A stretch of DNA of 64,000 nt from an uncultured Alphaproteobacteria bacterium (lineage in GTDB: Bacteria; Pseudomonadota; Alphaproteobacteria; Sphingomonadales; Sphingomonadaceae), in assembly GCA_963781165.1 (NCBI GenBank), contig CAWADZ010000004.1:33975-97974 (forward strand). Reading direction: 5' to 3'. This document shows, in pieces, positions 45,999 to 55,168 of this stretch. A program made the position numbers and the translations under genes. The stretch's first letter is position 1. The number at the start of each line of letters is the position of its first letter. Below the pieces are notes generated by a model. The model worked only from the letters and a program-made list of their open reading frames with translations, had not been told where the DNA came from and did not search any database.

Positions 45999-46211
45999 CA
46001 TCCTCGGCGCCGCTCCCTACGCTACGCTGCGGGACACCTGCGGTCGCGCGTTCGCGCTCTGTCGTTGCCTGCTCGGCAACGAGTTCAGTGCTGCCTAGAG
46101 AATTGGGGTAGATACTCGGGAGCGACAAGCTCCCGACAAAGGCCGACTGGCCGCCCGCAGGCTCCCCGAAATGAAGGCGTAGGCCGAATGGAGGGAACAG
46201 CGCCGAGGATG
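45999..46211 (-). repeat. 213-bp element with 20-bp terminal inverted repeats and internal hairpins, 29 bp downstream of tRNA-Trp
   Basis: CATCCTCGGCGCCGCTCCCT (45999-46018) pairs with AGGGAACAGCGCCGAGGATG (46192-46211); internal perfect 8-bp stems at 46062-46082 and 46116-46136. Confidence 0.75.
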
Positions 46212-46240
46212 ATCGCGCGGATGCGTGATCTCAAACAAGA

Positions 46241-46316
46241 TGGCAGGGGTGCACGGACTCGAACCGTGGGCCTTCGGTTTTGGAGACCGACGCTCTACCA
46301 ACTGAGCTACACCCCT
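46241..46316 (-). tRNA. trnW: tRNA-Trp (CCA)
   Basis: AGGGGTGTAGCTCAGTTGGTAGAGCGTCGGTCTCCAAAACCGAAGGCCCACGGTTCGAGTCCGTGCACCCCTGCCA: 76 nt cloverleaf, anticodon CCA, encoded 3' CCA. Confidence 0.98.
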
Positions 46317-46393
46317 GCAGGCAGCCGCGCCTCTATAACGCGTTCGCCGCAATGGCAAGCGACGACATTGATCGCCCATGCTATACTGCACCG

Positions 46394-47125
46394 ATGCACG
46401 CGCCGCCCAACAAACCAGCTGTTCCCAAGATCATCCCGCCCGAAGTGCTGCTGCTCGCCTATCGCAGCGGCGTTTTCCCGATGGCCGATTCGCGCGATGA
46501 CGAGGAAGTGTTCTGGGTCGAACCGCGCAACCGCGCCATTTTGCCGCTCGATGGGTTCCGCTGTTCGCGGTCGCTGGCAAAAGTTCTGAAATCCGATCGA
46601 TTCGAAGTGCGGGTGGACGGCGATTTTTCCGCCGTGATCGATGCCTGCGCCCAGCCGCGCAGCGACCATTCCGATACGTGGATCAGCGGCACTGTCGATG
46701 CGAGCTATCGCAATTTGCACCGCCACGGTCATGCGCATTCGGTGGAATGCTGGCAGGATGGCGAACTGGTCGGCGGATTGTACGGCGTTGCTTTCGACCG
46801 GGTTTTCTGCGGCGAAAGCATGTTCACGCGCACCGATAATGCCAGCAAGGTGGCGCTGGCGTGGCTGGTCGTGCTGATGCGGCGGGCGGGGTATGTGCTG
46901 CTCGATTGCCAGTTCATGACAGAGCATCTGGCATCGCTTGGAGCGGTGGAAATTACCCGCGAATCCTATCAGGAATTGCTGGCCCAGGCGGCGGAAAAAC
47001 CGCCCCGCTTGTCACTGCCGGAGGCGCTGGCCGCAATCCGTCAGGAATCGGAAGCTTCCGCAGGGGCAGATGCCGCCTCCTCTCCAGGGAAGCTCATCGC
47101 GCAGTCTTTCAGCCAGACATCGTAA
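46394..47125 (+). CDS. aat: Leucyl/phenylalanyl-tRNA-protein transferase
   Basis: LLLAYRSGVFPMA, HAHSVECW, LVGGLYGV, FCGESMF, NASKVAL, LLDCQFMTEHLASLGA. Confidence 0.95.
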   Translation: MHAPPNKPAVPKIIPPEVLLLAYRSGVFPMADSRDDEEVFWVEPRNRAILPLDGFRCSRSLAKVLKSDRFEVRVDGDFSAVIDACAQPRSDHSDTWISGTVDASYRNLHRHGHAHSVECWQDGELVGGLYGVAFDRVFCGESMFTRTDNASKVALAWLVVLMRRAGYVLLDCQFMTEHLASLGAVEITRESYQELLAQAAEKPPRLSLPEALAAIRQESEASAGADAASSPGKLIAQSFSQTS

Positions 47126-47592
47126 ACCGGATGCTCGACGACGTTCAGGCTGGGCGATTCCTTGAACAGCCAGCCGGAAAACACGCCGTACCATCTTGCC
47201 TCGTCGTCGTCAGCGCGTCGTTCGTTGACGATGACCTGCACAAATGCGCCGGTTTGCTGCAATTCTTCCCACGGCGCTGTGCGCTCGCAAGCTGACAGGC
47301 GGATAATCACATCATCGATGCGCCGCGCTTCGCCCGGGTACATTTCGATATCGCGGGTTTCATTGTTGCGCTTGTTCACCAGGCCGATCGTGGCGAGGCG
47401 CTCATCCATCGGCGTGCCCACGCCTTCGACCTCTGCCGCCATGGTCGGCGGAGCATCGGCGGTCTGCAATTCTTCGGGGATTTCGGTTTCTTCGGCTTCG
47501 GGAGCGCGCACCTGCTCATCCCCGCAAGCGGAAAGCGCCAGCAACATGGCCGCCGGCATTGCACCGGCACAGGCGGCGCGCAGGCTGATCAC
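47041..47592 (-). CDS. DUF2155 family lipoprotein
   Basis: LSAC lipobox; FSGWLFKESPSLNVVEHPVYDVW; GTGA overlap with the upstream NDUFA12 gene. Confidence 0.82.
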   Translation of the reverse strand: MISLRAACAGAMPAAMLLALSACGDEQVRAPEAEETEIPEELQTADAPPTMAAEVEGVGTPMDERLATIGLVNKRNNETRDIEMYPGEARRIDDVIIRLSACERTAPWEELQQTGAFVQVIVNERRADDDEARWYGVFSGWLFKESPSLNVVEHPVYDVWLKDCAMSFPGEEAASAPAEASDS

Positions 47593-47987
47593 GCGTCGGG
47601 CGTCCACGCTTCGTAATCGCCGCGCGCCTTTGCACGCTTGCCGCCGCGCTCCAGCGCTCCGGCAGGAAGATAGCGCGAATCGGTGCCGGTTGCGTTGGGC
47701 GTGTAATCCACTTCCCAGATCTTCGCAGGCGGCAGGTTGCTTTCCGGCAGATCGTCGAATGAACCATGCAGCCAGCCGTGCCATTCGGGCGGTACGCGGC
47801 TGGAATCATTGGCGCCGTCATACATCACCCAGCGCCGCTCCCGCTGGCCGTCCTTCACCTTCTTTGAACGGAAATAGCGGTTGCCCTGCGCATCGGTGCC
47901 GACATGTTCGCCATTGCGCGCGGACCACAGGGATGTGCCGATGGTGGCACCGTCCCACCAGGTGAAAATCTTGCCGAGAATGCTCAT
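47589..47987 (-). CDS. NADH:ubiquinone oxidoreductase NDUFA12-family subunit
   Basis: VGTDAQGNRYF, RRWVMY, SRVPPEWHGWLH, DYEAWTP. Confidence 0.92.
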   Translation of the reverse strand: MSILGKIFTWWDGATIGTSLWSARNGEHVGTDAQGNRYFRSKKVKDGQRERRWVMYDGANDSSRVPPEWHGWLHGSFDDLPESNLPPAKIWEVDYTPNATGTDSRYLPAGALERGGKRAKARGDYEAWTPDA

Positions 47988-48066
47988 GCCTGCGCCATTA
48001 GCGGGATTGAACGTGGTCGCCAAGCATTAGGTCTGTGGCCGTTGCAGAGCGCACTGCCGGCAAGCA

Positions 48067-48570
48067 TCACCATTCGACGCTGTCGCCGGGCGCAATGCCA
48101 AGTTCTTCGGATCGTCCGCCAATCAGTTCCAGCACGGCGATGGCTTCTCGGTCCGAAAAGACGCTTTCCTCGTTGTAGGGGATGCCGTCCGCAATGTTGA
48201 TGACCTTCCGGTCTTCGTCGATGAAGATGATATCCAGCGGCAGAACCGTGTTGCGCATCCAGAAGCTGAGCATGTCCGGTTGCTCGTACGGAAACAGCAT
48301 CGCCTCGTCCGCGCCCATTTCGTTGCGGAACATCATGCCGCGGTTCTGCTGTTCGCGCGTCGCGGCCACTTCTGCCTGAAAAGTGTGGGTGCCGGTGGAC
48401 GTCGTGACAGTGACGGGAATGACCTCCAGCCCCGACTCGGGATCGACCGTGGCGGACGCTGCAGACGTCTGCTGCGGCACCTGCTCTGCAGCCTGCGGGG
48501 AACAGGCGGCGACCGCCAGCATCAGGGCCGCCATTGGCAGCCGCGCCAGTTTAGGCAAAATCGTCATCAT
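48067..48570 (-). CDS. DUF192 family lipoprotein
   Basis: VAAC lipobox; AEVA...RGMMFR, FWMRNTVLPLDIIFI, VLELIGG. Confidence 0.88.
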   Translation of the reverse strand: MMTILPKLARLPMAALMLAVAACSPQAAEQVPQQTSAASATVDPESGLEVIPVTVTTSTGTHTFQAEVAATREQQNRGMMFRNEMGADEAMLFPYEQPDMLSFWMRNTVLPLDIIFIDEDRKVINIADGIPYNEESVFSDREAIAVLELIGGRSEELGIAPGDSVEW

Positions 48571-49153
48571 CTGTTTCCTCTGACCATTCTTCTGCTTCGG
48601 CGAGCCATTCCTGCACGCGGGTTTCATCGCGCGCATCCATTACAGCGCGGGCGTGGCCGAATGTGTGGCCTGCGCGCAGCATGGCTGCAATCTGTTTTTC
48701 GCGTTTATCCGGCGCAACCGGTTCGCGGCTGAATGGGCCGAAACGGCGTTTTCGCGCAAGATGCAGTGCGGCCCGGCGTTTTCCTGCCTCGTCCGGCTGC
48801 ATCTTTTCGCGCAAGGGTTCTGCAATACCCGCCTCGCCCAGCGCCTGGCGCACCCGGTTCGCGCCGTATCCGCGGCGCAGCAGGTCGGCAGAGCGCATTC
48901 GGGCGTAGGCCTCGTCATCGACGTAGCCTTTTTCCAGAAACCGCGCGACCAGCGCCGGCAGGTCCGGAGCATCATCGGGATCTTCTGAATCCCAGCCGCG
49001 CTCCCGCAATTTTCGCTCCAGATACCGCTGCAGCTTGGCCGAACTGGTGGCGAAACGCGCCACATAGGCCAGTGCCAATTCCTCCAGCGCGGGGGCAGAA
49101 AGCGGTTTGGGCGGTCTTTTTACGCGCCGGGATGAGTAATCTTTGCTGGTCAT
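48551..49153 (-). CDS. recX: RecX family regulator
   Basis: LAYVARFATSSAKLQRYLERK, GYVDDEAYA, RRGYG, LRAGH. Confidence 0.8.
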   Translation of the reverse strand: MTSKDYSSRRVKRPPKPLSAPALEELALAYVARFATSSAKLQRYLERKLRERGWDSEDPDDAPDLPALVARFLEKGYVDDEAYARMRSADLLRRGYGANRVRQALGEAGIAEPLREKMQPDEAGKRRAALHLARKRRFGPFSREPVAPDKREKQIAAMLRAGHTFGHARAVMDARDETRVQEWLAEAEEWSEETDDDDFA

Positions 49154-49294
49154 TGGGGCCTTCGCGGCCTTATTCGTGCCACACTTCCCTTCAAATGGGA
49201 AAGGAATGTGGCGGTGTCGGAATACTCTGGCGCCGCTTTTTGGATACGGGAAGCGCCACAAGAGCGCGCTGCAATGAGGGTCCAGCATCACAGC

Positions 49295-51022
49295 ATGACC
49301 GAACTTACACCCACACCCAATGATTGCCCGCTTCCGCGCAGGCGATCCGATTTCGCTACGTTCAACGAAGCGATCGATTACGCCGCCCGCAGTGAAAAGG
49401 GGCTGAACTTCTACGATCCGCGCGCCGAGCTGGAGCGGGTTTATCCCTTTTCGGAAATGCGCGACGATGCGCTGCAAAACGCGCGCCGACTGATAGCCAT
49501 GGGCGTGAAGAAGGATGACCGGATTGCGCTGATCGCGGAAACCAGTCCGGAATTCACCGCGATGTTCTGCGCCTGCGTTTATGCAGGGGCGTGGCCCGTG
49601 CCTTTGCCGCTGCCGACCACCTTTGGCGGCAAGGACAGCTATATCGAACAATTGGGCGTGCAGCTTTCCAGCAGCGACCCGAAATTACTGCTCTACCCGG
49701 CAGAAATCGGTGAAATGGCGTCAGTGGCGGCCAAGAACCAGGGCTGCACCGGAATGGACTGGGATGAATTTTCCGCGCTAGAGGCGCCGGAAATCGATCT
49801 GCCCGAAGCCGATCCCGAAGACATCTGCTATTTGCAATATTCCAGCGGCTCCACCCGCTTTCCCACCGGCGTTGCCGTCACCCACCGCGCCCTGCTGCAC
49901 AATCTGTATGGTCATGCGACCACGATGGATATCGGCAAGGACGATCGCGGGGTCAGCTGGCTGCCGTTCTATCACGACATGGGCCTGGTCGGGTGTTTCC
50001 TGTCCATGATCGGCAATCAGGTGAGCGCCGATTACCTGAAGACCGAACATTTCGCGCGCCGTCCCCTTGCCTGGCTGGACCTCATCAGCCGGAATAAAGG
50101 CAATTCGATGAGCTATTCGCCCACCTTCGGCTATGACATTTGCGCCCGCCGCATTTCCAGCCAGAGCCATGTGGCGGACCGGTTCGACCTGTCGCGCTGG
50201 CGACTGGCGGGCAATGGCGCGGACATGATCCGGCCCGACGTTATGCAGCAATTCGTGAACGCCTTTGCCGACGCCGGTTTCAAGGCGAGCGCCTTCACCC
50301 CGTCCTACGGCCTTGCCGAAGCCACGCTGGCCGTCACCGTGATGCCGCCGGGCGAAGGTATCCGCGTGGAACTGGTCGAAGAAGAACGACTGTCGGGCAC
50401 CCCGCGTGATCTCTCCCGCCCCGCCCGCTACCGCGCCATCGTGAATTGCGGCAAACCGCTGCCGGACATGGACGTCGAAATTCGCGGCGAGAACGATGAT
50501 ATCCGGGGTGATCACCAGATCGGCAAGGTCTGGTGCCGCGGCCCCAGCGTCATGCATTCCTACTTCCGCGATGAAGCCGCGACCGAGGACTGCCTGATCG
50601 GCGGCTGGCTCGACACAGGTGACATGGGCTACATGGCGAACGGATATCTGTTCATCGTCGGCCGCGCGAAAGACATGATCATCATCAACGGCAAGAACCA
50701 CTGGCCGCAGGATATCGAATGGGCGGTGGAACAATTGCCCGGCTTCAATCACGGCGATATCGCCGCCTTCTCGGTTGAAACCGCCAATGGCGAGGAAGCG
50801 CCCGCCGTGCTGGTGCATTGCCGCGTGTCCGACCCGGAAGAGCGTATCAAACTGCGCAACCAGATAGCCGACAAGGTCCGCGCCGTTACCGGCATGAACT
50901 GCGTCGTCGAACTAATCCCGCCGCGCACCCTGCCCCGCACAAGTTCCGGCAAACTGAGCCGGGCAAAGGCGAAGAAGCTGTATCTGTCCGGGGAAATCGC
51001 GCCGCTGGATCTGGCGGCGTAA
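49295..51022 (+). CDS. Fatty acyl-AMP ligase / acyl-ACP(CoA) synthetase
   Basis: YLQYSSGSTRFP, SWLPFYHDMGL, SYGLAEATLA, WLDTGDMGY, GRAKDMIIINGKN, PRTSSGK. Confidence 0.9.
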   Translation: MTELTPTPNDCPLPRRRSDFATFNEAIDYAARSEKGLNFYDPRAELERVYPFSEMRDDALQNARRLIAMGVKKDDRIALIAETSPEFTAMFCACVYAGAWPVPLPLPTTFGGKDSYIEQLGVQLSSSDPKLLLYPAEIGEMASVAAKNQGCTGMDWDEFSALEAPEIDLPEADPEDICYLQYSSGSTRFPTGVAVTHRALLHNLYGHATTMDIGKDDRGVSWLPFYHDMGLVGCFLSMIGNQVSADYLKTEHFARRPLAWLDLISRNKGNSMSYSPTFGYDICARRISSQSHVADRFDLSRWRLAGNGADMIRPDVMQQFVNAFADAGFKASAFTPSYGLAEATLAVTVMPPGEGIRVELVEEERLSGTPRDLSRPARYRAIVNCGKPLPDMDVEIRGENDDIRGDHQIGKVWCRGPSVMHSYFRDEAATEDCLIGGWLDTGDMGYMANGYLFIVGRAKDMIIINGKNHWPQDIEWAVEQLPGFNHGDIAAFSVETANGEEAPAVLVHCRVSDPEERIKLRNQIADKVRAVTGMNCVVELIPPRTLPRTSSGKLSRAKAKKLYLSGEIAPLDLAA

Positions 51023-51027
51023 AGGCG

Positions 51028-51423
51028 TCAGCCCAGCAGTATCACGCCCAGTACATACAGCAGCGCGAGCAGGCTGACCGCCCAGACGTAGGTGCGCACC
51101 TTGGGTACGCCGGTCCAGTATAGCGGCAGATAAACCAGCCGTGCGCCCAGCCACACCCATGCAGCAATGGCTGTAAGCTCCGTCGCCTTGCCCGCCAGAA
51201 CCACACCGAACAGGACAATGATCGCCAGCGGCAGGGTTTCGAGGAAATTGCCGCGCGCCCGGTCCAGCCGGCCGGCAATGTCGTTCAGTGGTTCGGTGTT
51301 CTCATCACGCGCACCCATGTTCCATTCAAGTCCGTATTGCTTGGTCTTGTAATGGGTGGCGGCAAAAATGTGGACGAGCATGAGCACGCCCGACAGTGCC
51401 AATACGGTAATTTCGCTCTGCAC
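51028..51423 (-). CDS. MAPEG family membrane protein
   Basis: RLDRARGNFLE, ARLVYLPLY; four TM helices. Confidence 0.85.
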   Translation of the reverse strand: MQSEITVLALSGVLMLVHIFAATHYKTKQYGLEWNMGARDENTEPLNDIAGRLDRARGNFLETLPLAIIVLFGVVLAGKATELTAIAAWVWLGARLVYLPLYWTGVPKVRTYVWAVSLLALLYVLGVILLG

Positions 51424-51427
51424 GGCG

Positions 51428-52981
51428 TTACTCCTCTACGGTCCAACTTACGGTAACGGTGCCAAATCCGGCGCCGGTTGTTCGCGTATTCATGGTCTTT
51501 TCGCCGGTTGCAAGAATTGCGCGCAGGCTGGACACGGATCCCTCCGGCCCGGTCAGTCGCAGAGGCACTCCGACACGCTCCTGCGCCCAGATTGCCAGAT
51601 TAAGCGCGCTGCGGCCTTCTGCGGTCAGTTCCTCGCCATTGAACTGGATGTCGGGAAGCGGCCGCAGCGGGGGCGTGAAGCGGATATCCCACTCAGGCTC
51701 TGTCGAATCGATCCGCCGTTCCAGCTCTGCGTAAGTTGCCATCGTTGCACCGTCCAGCGGTCTTGCGGTCACCAGGGCGCGGCGGCGCTGCCGGTCGATC
51801 GTGACGTCGCTCACCGGTACACCGGCCAGCAGTGCCAGCCGGTCTGCCAGATCTTCCGCTCGCTCGGTCGCTTCGGCTTCCTGCGCACGGGCCGATGCAA
51901 GCTGCGCCTCTTCGGCGGCATCCTGGCTGGTGCCGACGCGCACCTGCGTCAACGACACTTCGACATCGCGGCGCAGGCGGCGCGTCATCGCAGCGCGCGC
52001 CTCTCCTTCAGCCTCGCCAATGATTTCGGGCGTCAGCACTGTGGCAGTGACCTTGATTGGCTCGCTTTCGTAATTTGTCTCGATCTGCGAAATGCGCGCC
52101 CGCCCGCTGAATACGTCCTCGACCACGGTGTTGATCTGGCGGGTGGCATTCGTCTCCCAGACGATCTGCCGCAGCGACAGGAACAGCGGGATCGCCAGCA
52201 GCACGAAGGCTCCGAATATCAGGAAGGCCTGCAATTGTGTCTGCTTTTCGGAAAGGCTGGTGCTGAAACCATACCCGCGGGCCATCGCCGTTGCGGTCAA
52301 CGCAATCGCGGTCAAGTTGGTGATGAACAGGAACAGGGAGCCCCAGAACACCGTACCGTTCATCGTCGCCAGGCCAAAGCCGACCACGGCCAGCGGCGGC
52401 ATCAAAGCGGTGGCGATGGCAACGCCCACGATCGTGCCCTCCCGCCCGCGGATCATTGCATAAGCGCCCGCGACCGAGGAGAAGATGGCCACGCCAAGAT
52501 CGAAAAGGCTTGGCCGTGTTCGCGACGCGATTTCCGACGTAATCGTCTGCAAGGGCGAGAAAAACACGATCACCGCGCAAAACAGGATGGCGCACAGCAC
52601 CCCTATCGCCAGCGACTTGGCCGATTGCCTTAGCCACCGGAAATCGCCGATGGCCAGCGCAAATCCGACGCCCATGATCGGGTCCATCAGCGGGCTGAGC
52701 AACATCGCCCCGATCACCACTGCAGCCGATCCCTGCAGCAGGCCGAGGATGGCGATGCCCGCCGACATGCAGGTCATCAGCAAATAACGGGCGGACAGCG
52801 CACATTCGGCGCGGCGTTTTTCTATCACGGCGACCTGGTCGACGGTGCTGGTGACATCCCTTGCCCACCAACCGCTCAGGCTGGAAAGGACCTTGTCGAA
52901 GCCTGTCTTGACCGGTTCGTGGTCTGCACGTCGCTCGCCATCTTCCGCTGGGCCTGCCGTGCTTGCGTTTGGTGTTTGCAT
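51428..52981 (-). CDS. DUF389 domain membrane protein
   Basis: VVIGAMLLSPLMDPI, EIASRTRP, GVAIATALMPPL; periplasmic C-terminal extension. Confidence 0.88.
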   Translation of the reverse strand: MQTPNASTAGPAEDGERRADHEPVKTGFDKVLSSLSGWWARDVTSTVDQVAVIEKRRAECALSARYLLMTCMSAGIAILGLLQGSAAVVIGAMLLSPLMDPIMGVGFALAIGDFRWLRQSAKSLAIGVLCAILFCAVIVFFSPLQTITSEIASRTRPSLFDLGVAIFSSVAGAYAMIRGREGTIVGVAIATALMPPLAVVGFGLATMNGTVFWGSLFLFITNLTAIALTATAMARGYGFSTSLSEKQTQLQAFLIFGAFVLLAIPLFLSLRQIVWETNATRQINTVVEDVFSGRARISQIETNYESEPIKVTATVLTPEIIGEAEGEARAAMTRRLRRDVEVSLTQVRVGTSQDAAEEAQLASARAQEAEATERAEDLADRLALLAGVPVSDVTIDRQRRRALVTARPLDGATMATYAELERRIDSTEPEWDIRFTPPLRPLPDIQFNGEELTAEGRSALNLAIWAQERVGVPLRLTGPEGSVSSLRAILATGEKTMNTRTTGAGFGTVTVSWTVEE

Positions 52982-53060
52982 TGCTACCCATTATCGCGGA
53001 AACTCTGCGGGCACAAAGGTTTGAGAGCCTGCAACTTGAATAACGTGTCTTGTATCACTA

Positions 53061-53078
53061 ATACAGTGGGCACTGTAT
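53061..53078. promoter_or_regulatory. Perfect palindrome (candidate operator) between the divergent DUF389 and telA genes
   Basis: ATACAGTG-GG-CACTGTAT, 8-bp arms, in an AT-rich promoter region. Confidence 0.55.
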
Positions 53079-53114
53079 GACAGTTTGAACGGGCAGGAAG
53101 GGAAAATCGCCGCA

Positions 53115-54323
53115 ATGGCCACGAGCAACGAAACCGCCACCAAAACCGAGATTGATCTGGAGCTTACTCCGCCCGATCCGGTTCCTGCCGTTGCGCCTGA
53201 AAAGGCCGCCGGGCTTGTTCCTGTCAGCGAGGAGAAGCGCACTGCCTTGCAGGAAAAGGTCGATGGTTTCGTCAATGAACTGATCGCGCTGGATTCCAAT
53301 TCGCCCGATTTCGGCAAGAAGGTGGACCAGATCACCAATATGGGCCGCAAGGAAATCATGGCGGCCAGCCAGATGTCCAACCGCTTCCTCGATCGCCCCG
53401 TGCGCGCGATGGATCAGGAATCCGGCGTCGGCACCGATCTGGCGGAATTGCGCCGTACAGTGGAAGACCTCGATCCGGGCCGCAAAGGCAAGATGCGCGG
53501 GCGCAAGCTGTTCGGCATCATTCCGTTCGGCAACAAGCTGAAGAACTATTTCGACAGCTACACCAGCGCACAGGGCCACATCCAGTCGATCCTCGCCCGC
53601 CTTTCCAGCGGCAAGGACGAACTGATGATGGACAATGCCGCCATCGATGTAGAGCGCCAGAAGCTGTGGGAAGCCATGGGCAATCTGGAACAGATGATCC
53701 TGATCGCCAAGGCGCTTGATGGAGAGCTTGAGGAAAAGGCCGCAGAGCTGGATTCCAGCGATCCGGAAAAGGCCAAGGCCATCCGCGAAACCGCGCTGTT
53801 CTACGTGCGCCAGCGCACGCAGGATTTGCTCACGCAAATGGCCGTGTCGGTGCAGGGCTATCTCGCGCTCGATCTGGTCAAGAAGAACAATGTGGAACTG
53901 GTCAAAGGCGTGGACCGCGCCAGCACCACCACTGTGGGCGCACTGCGCACCGCTGTGACCGTGGCGCAGGCGATGACAAACCAGAAGCTGGTTCTGGGCC
54001 AGATCACCGCGCTCAACCAGACCACCGCCGGCATCATCGATTCCACCGGCGAATTGCTGCGGTCCAATACTGCGCAAATCCACGAACAGGCCGCCAGCAG
54101 CACGATCCCGATGGAAACGCTGCAACGCGCGTTCCAGAATATCTATGACACCATGGACGAGGTCGACACATTCAAGCTGCGCGCACTCGATTCCATGAAG
54201 CAGACAGTGGATGTGCTTTCGGTCGAAGTCGAGAAATCCAAAGGCTACATCGCCCGTGCCGAAGGGCAGGCACAGGCGGCAAAGCAAGTGAATGACAGCG
54301 GGCTGCTGAGCCTGGAGGGCTGA
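53115..54323 (+). CDS. telA: Toxic anion resistance protein (TelA family)
   Basis: Long helical protein; LFGIIPFG..LKNYFDSY, QRTQDL, VDRASTTTV. Confidence 0.85.
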   Translation: MATSNETATKTEIDLELTPPDPVPAVAPEKAAGLVPVSEEKRTALQEKVDGFVNELIALDSNSPDFGKKVDQITNMGRKEIMAASQMSNRFLDRPVRAMDQESGVGTDLAELRRTVEDLDPGRKGKMRGRKLFGIIPFGNKLKNYFDSYTSAQGHIQSILARLSSGKDELMMDNAAIDVERQKLWEAMGNLEQMILIAKALDGELEEKAAELDSSDPEKAKAIRETALFYVRQRTQDLLTQMAVSVQGYLALDLVKKNNVELVKGVDRASTTTVGALRTAVTVAQAMTNQKLVLGQITALNQTTAGIIDSTGELLRSNTAQIHEQAASSTIPMETLQRAFQNIYDTMDEVDTFKLRALDSMKQTVDVLSVEVEKSKGYIARAEGQAQAAKQVNDSGLLSLEG

Positions 54324-55168
54324 TGCCGGACGATCTGACCCAGCAAAGCGACCGCATCCTGGCCGAAAGCCGCGCCGTGCTGCGTGACAACCAGACCGGC
54401 GGTCGGCACCGGCTGGAACGTGCTTCCATTGGACGCGGGTCGAAGCAGATCAAGACAAAGAACCTGCTCAAACGGGCAGGCTATTTCGGCGTGGCGGTAC
54501 TGGCGATCTTCGCGGCATTCAGTGTCGCCGGGCTCATTTTGAACGGCATCGGCTTTGCCGGTATAATGGCGGCGGCGTTTTCCATCGCGATTGCGGCCTT
54601 CATCTTCGCCAATTTCCCCAAGGTCAAAACCCCCAAGCGGGCCGATCTCTCGCGCACGCAGGATGCCAAGCAATTGGTCGCGCGCACCGAATTGTGGCTG
54701 GAACACCAGCGCGCCGCGCTGCCCGCGCCCGCCGTGAAGCTGGTGGACGATCTGGGCGTGCAGCTGGATGCGCTGGGCAAGCAGTTGCAGCATGTCGATC
54801 CCGCCCATCCCGCTGCGCAGGAGGTGCGCAAGCTGGTGGGCGAATACCTGCCCGAAACGGTGGAAGGGTATCAGCGCATTCCGGCCCATCTGCGCGGCGA
54901 AGAACGCGCCGGGTCCACGCCTGACAAACAGCTTGCGGAAAGCCTGGGCAAGATCAGCAAGGAAATCGACCACGTGACGCGGCAGCTGGCCGAAGGATCG
55001 CTGGATGATCTGGCAATCCGCAGCCGCTACCTCGATTACAAATATGGCGATGCCGACGGCCTGCCCTCCGGCGATGCACCCGCGCTGAAAGACAACGGGG
55101 TCCCGCTGACCGAAGAAGGCTCCGGCGTGCCGCTGCCCGATTTCAACCGAGAAAAGAGCAAGAGCTGA
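54323..55168 (+). CDS. Membrane protein usually paired with TelA (XpaC-like)
   Basis: Two TM helices followed by a helical domain (YLPETVEGY); one-base stop/start overlap with telA. Confidence 0.7.
   Translation: MPDDLTQQSDRILAESRAVLRDNQTGGRHRLERASIGRGSKQIKTKNLLKRAGYFGVAVLAIFAAFSVAGLILNGIGFAGIMAAAFSIAIAAFIFANFPKVKTPKRADLSRTQDAKQLVARTELWLEHQRAALPAPAVKLVDDLGVQLDALGKQLQHVDPAHPAAQEVRKLVGEYLPETVEGYQRIPAHLRGEERAGSTPDKQLAESLGKISKEIDHVTRQLAEGSLDDLAIRSRYLDYKYGDADGLPSGDAPALKDNGVPLTEEGSGVPLPDFNREKSKS

Noticed and set aside
46241-46316. tRNA-Trp as attB of a genomic island
   Set aside because: No duplicate of the tRNA 3' end was found in the window and there is no integrase.
48551-49651. 366-aa N-terminally extended RecX
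   Set aside because: The extension is antisense to the fatty acyl-AMP ligase; RecX similarity begins near 49153.
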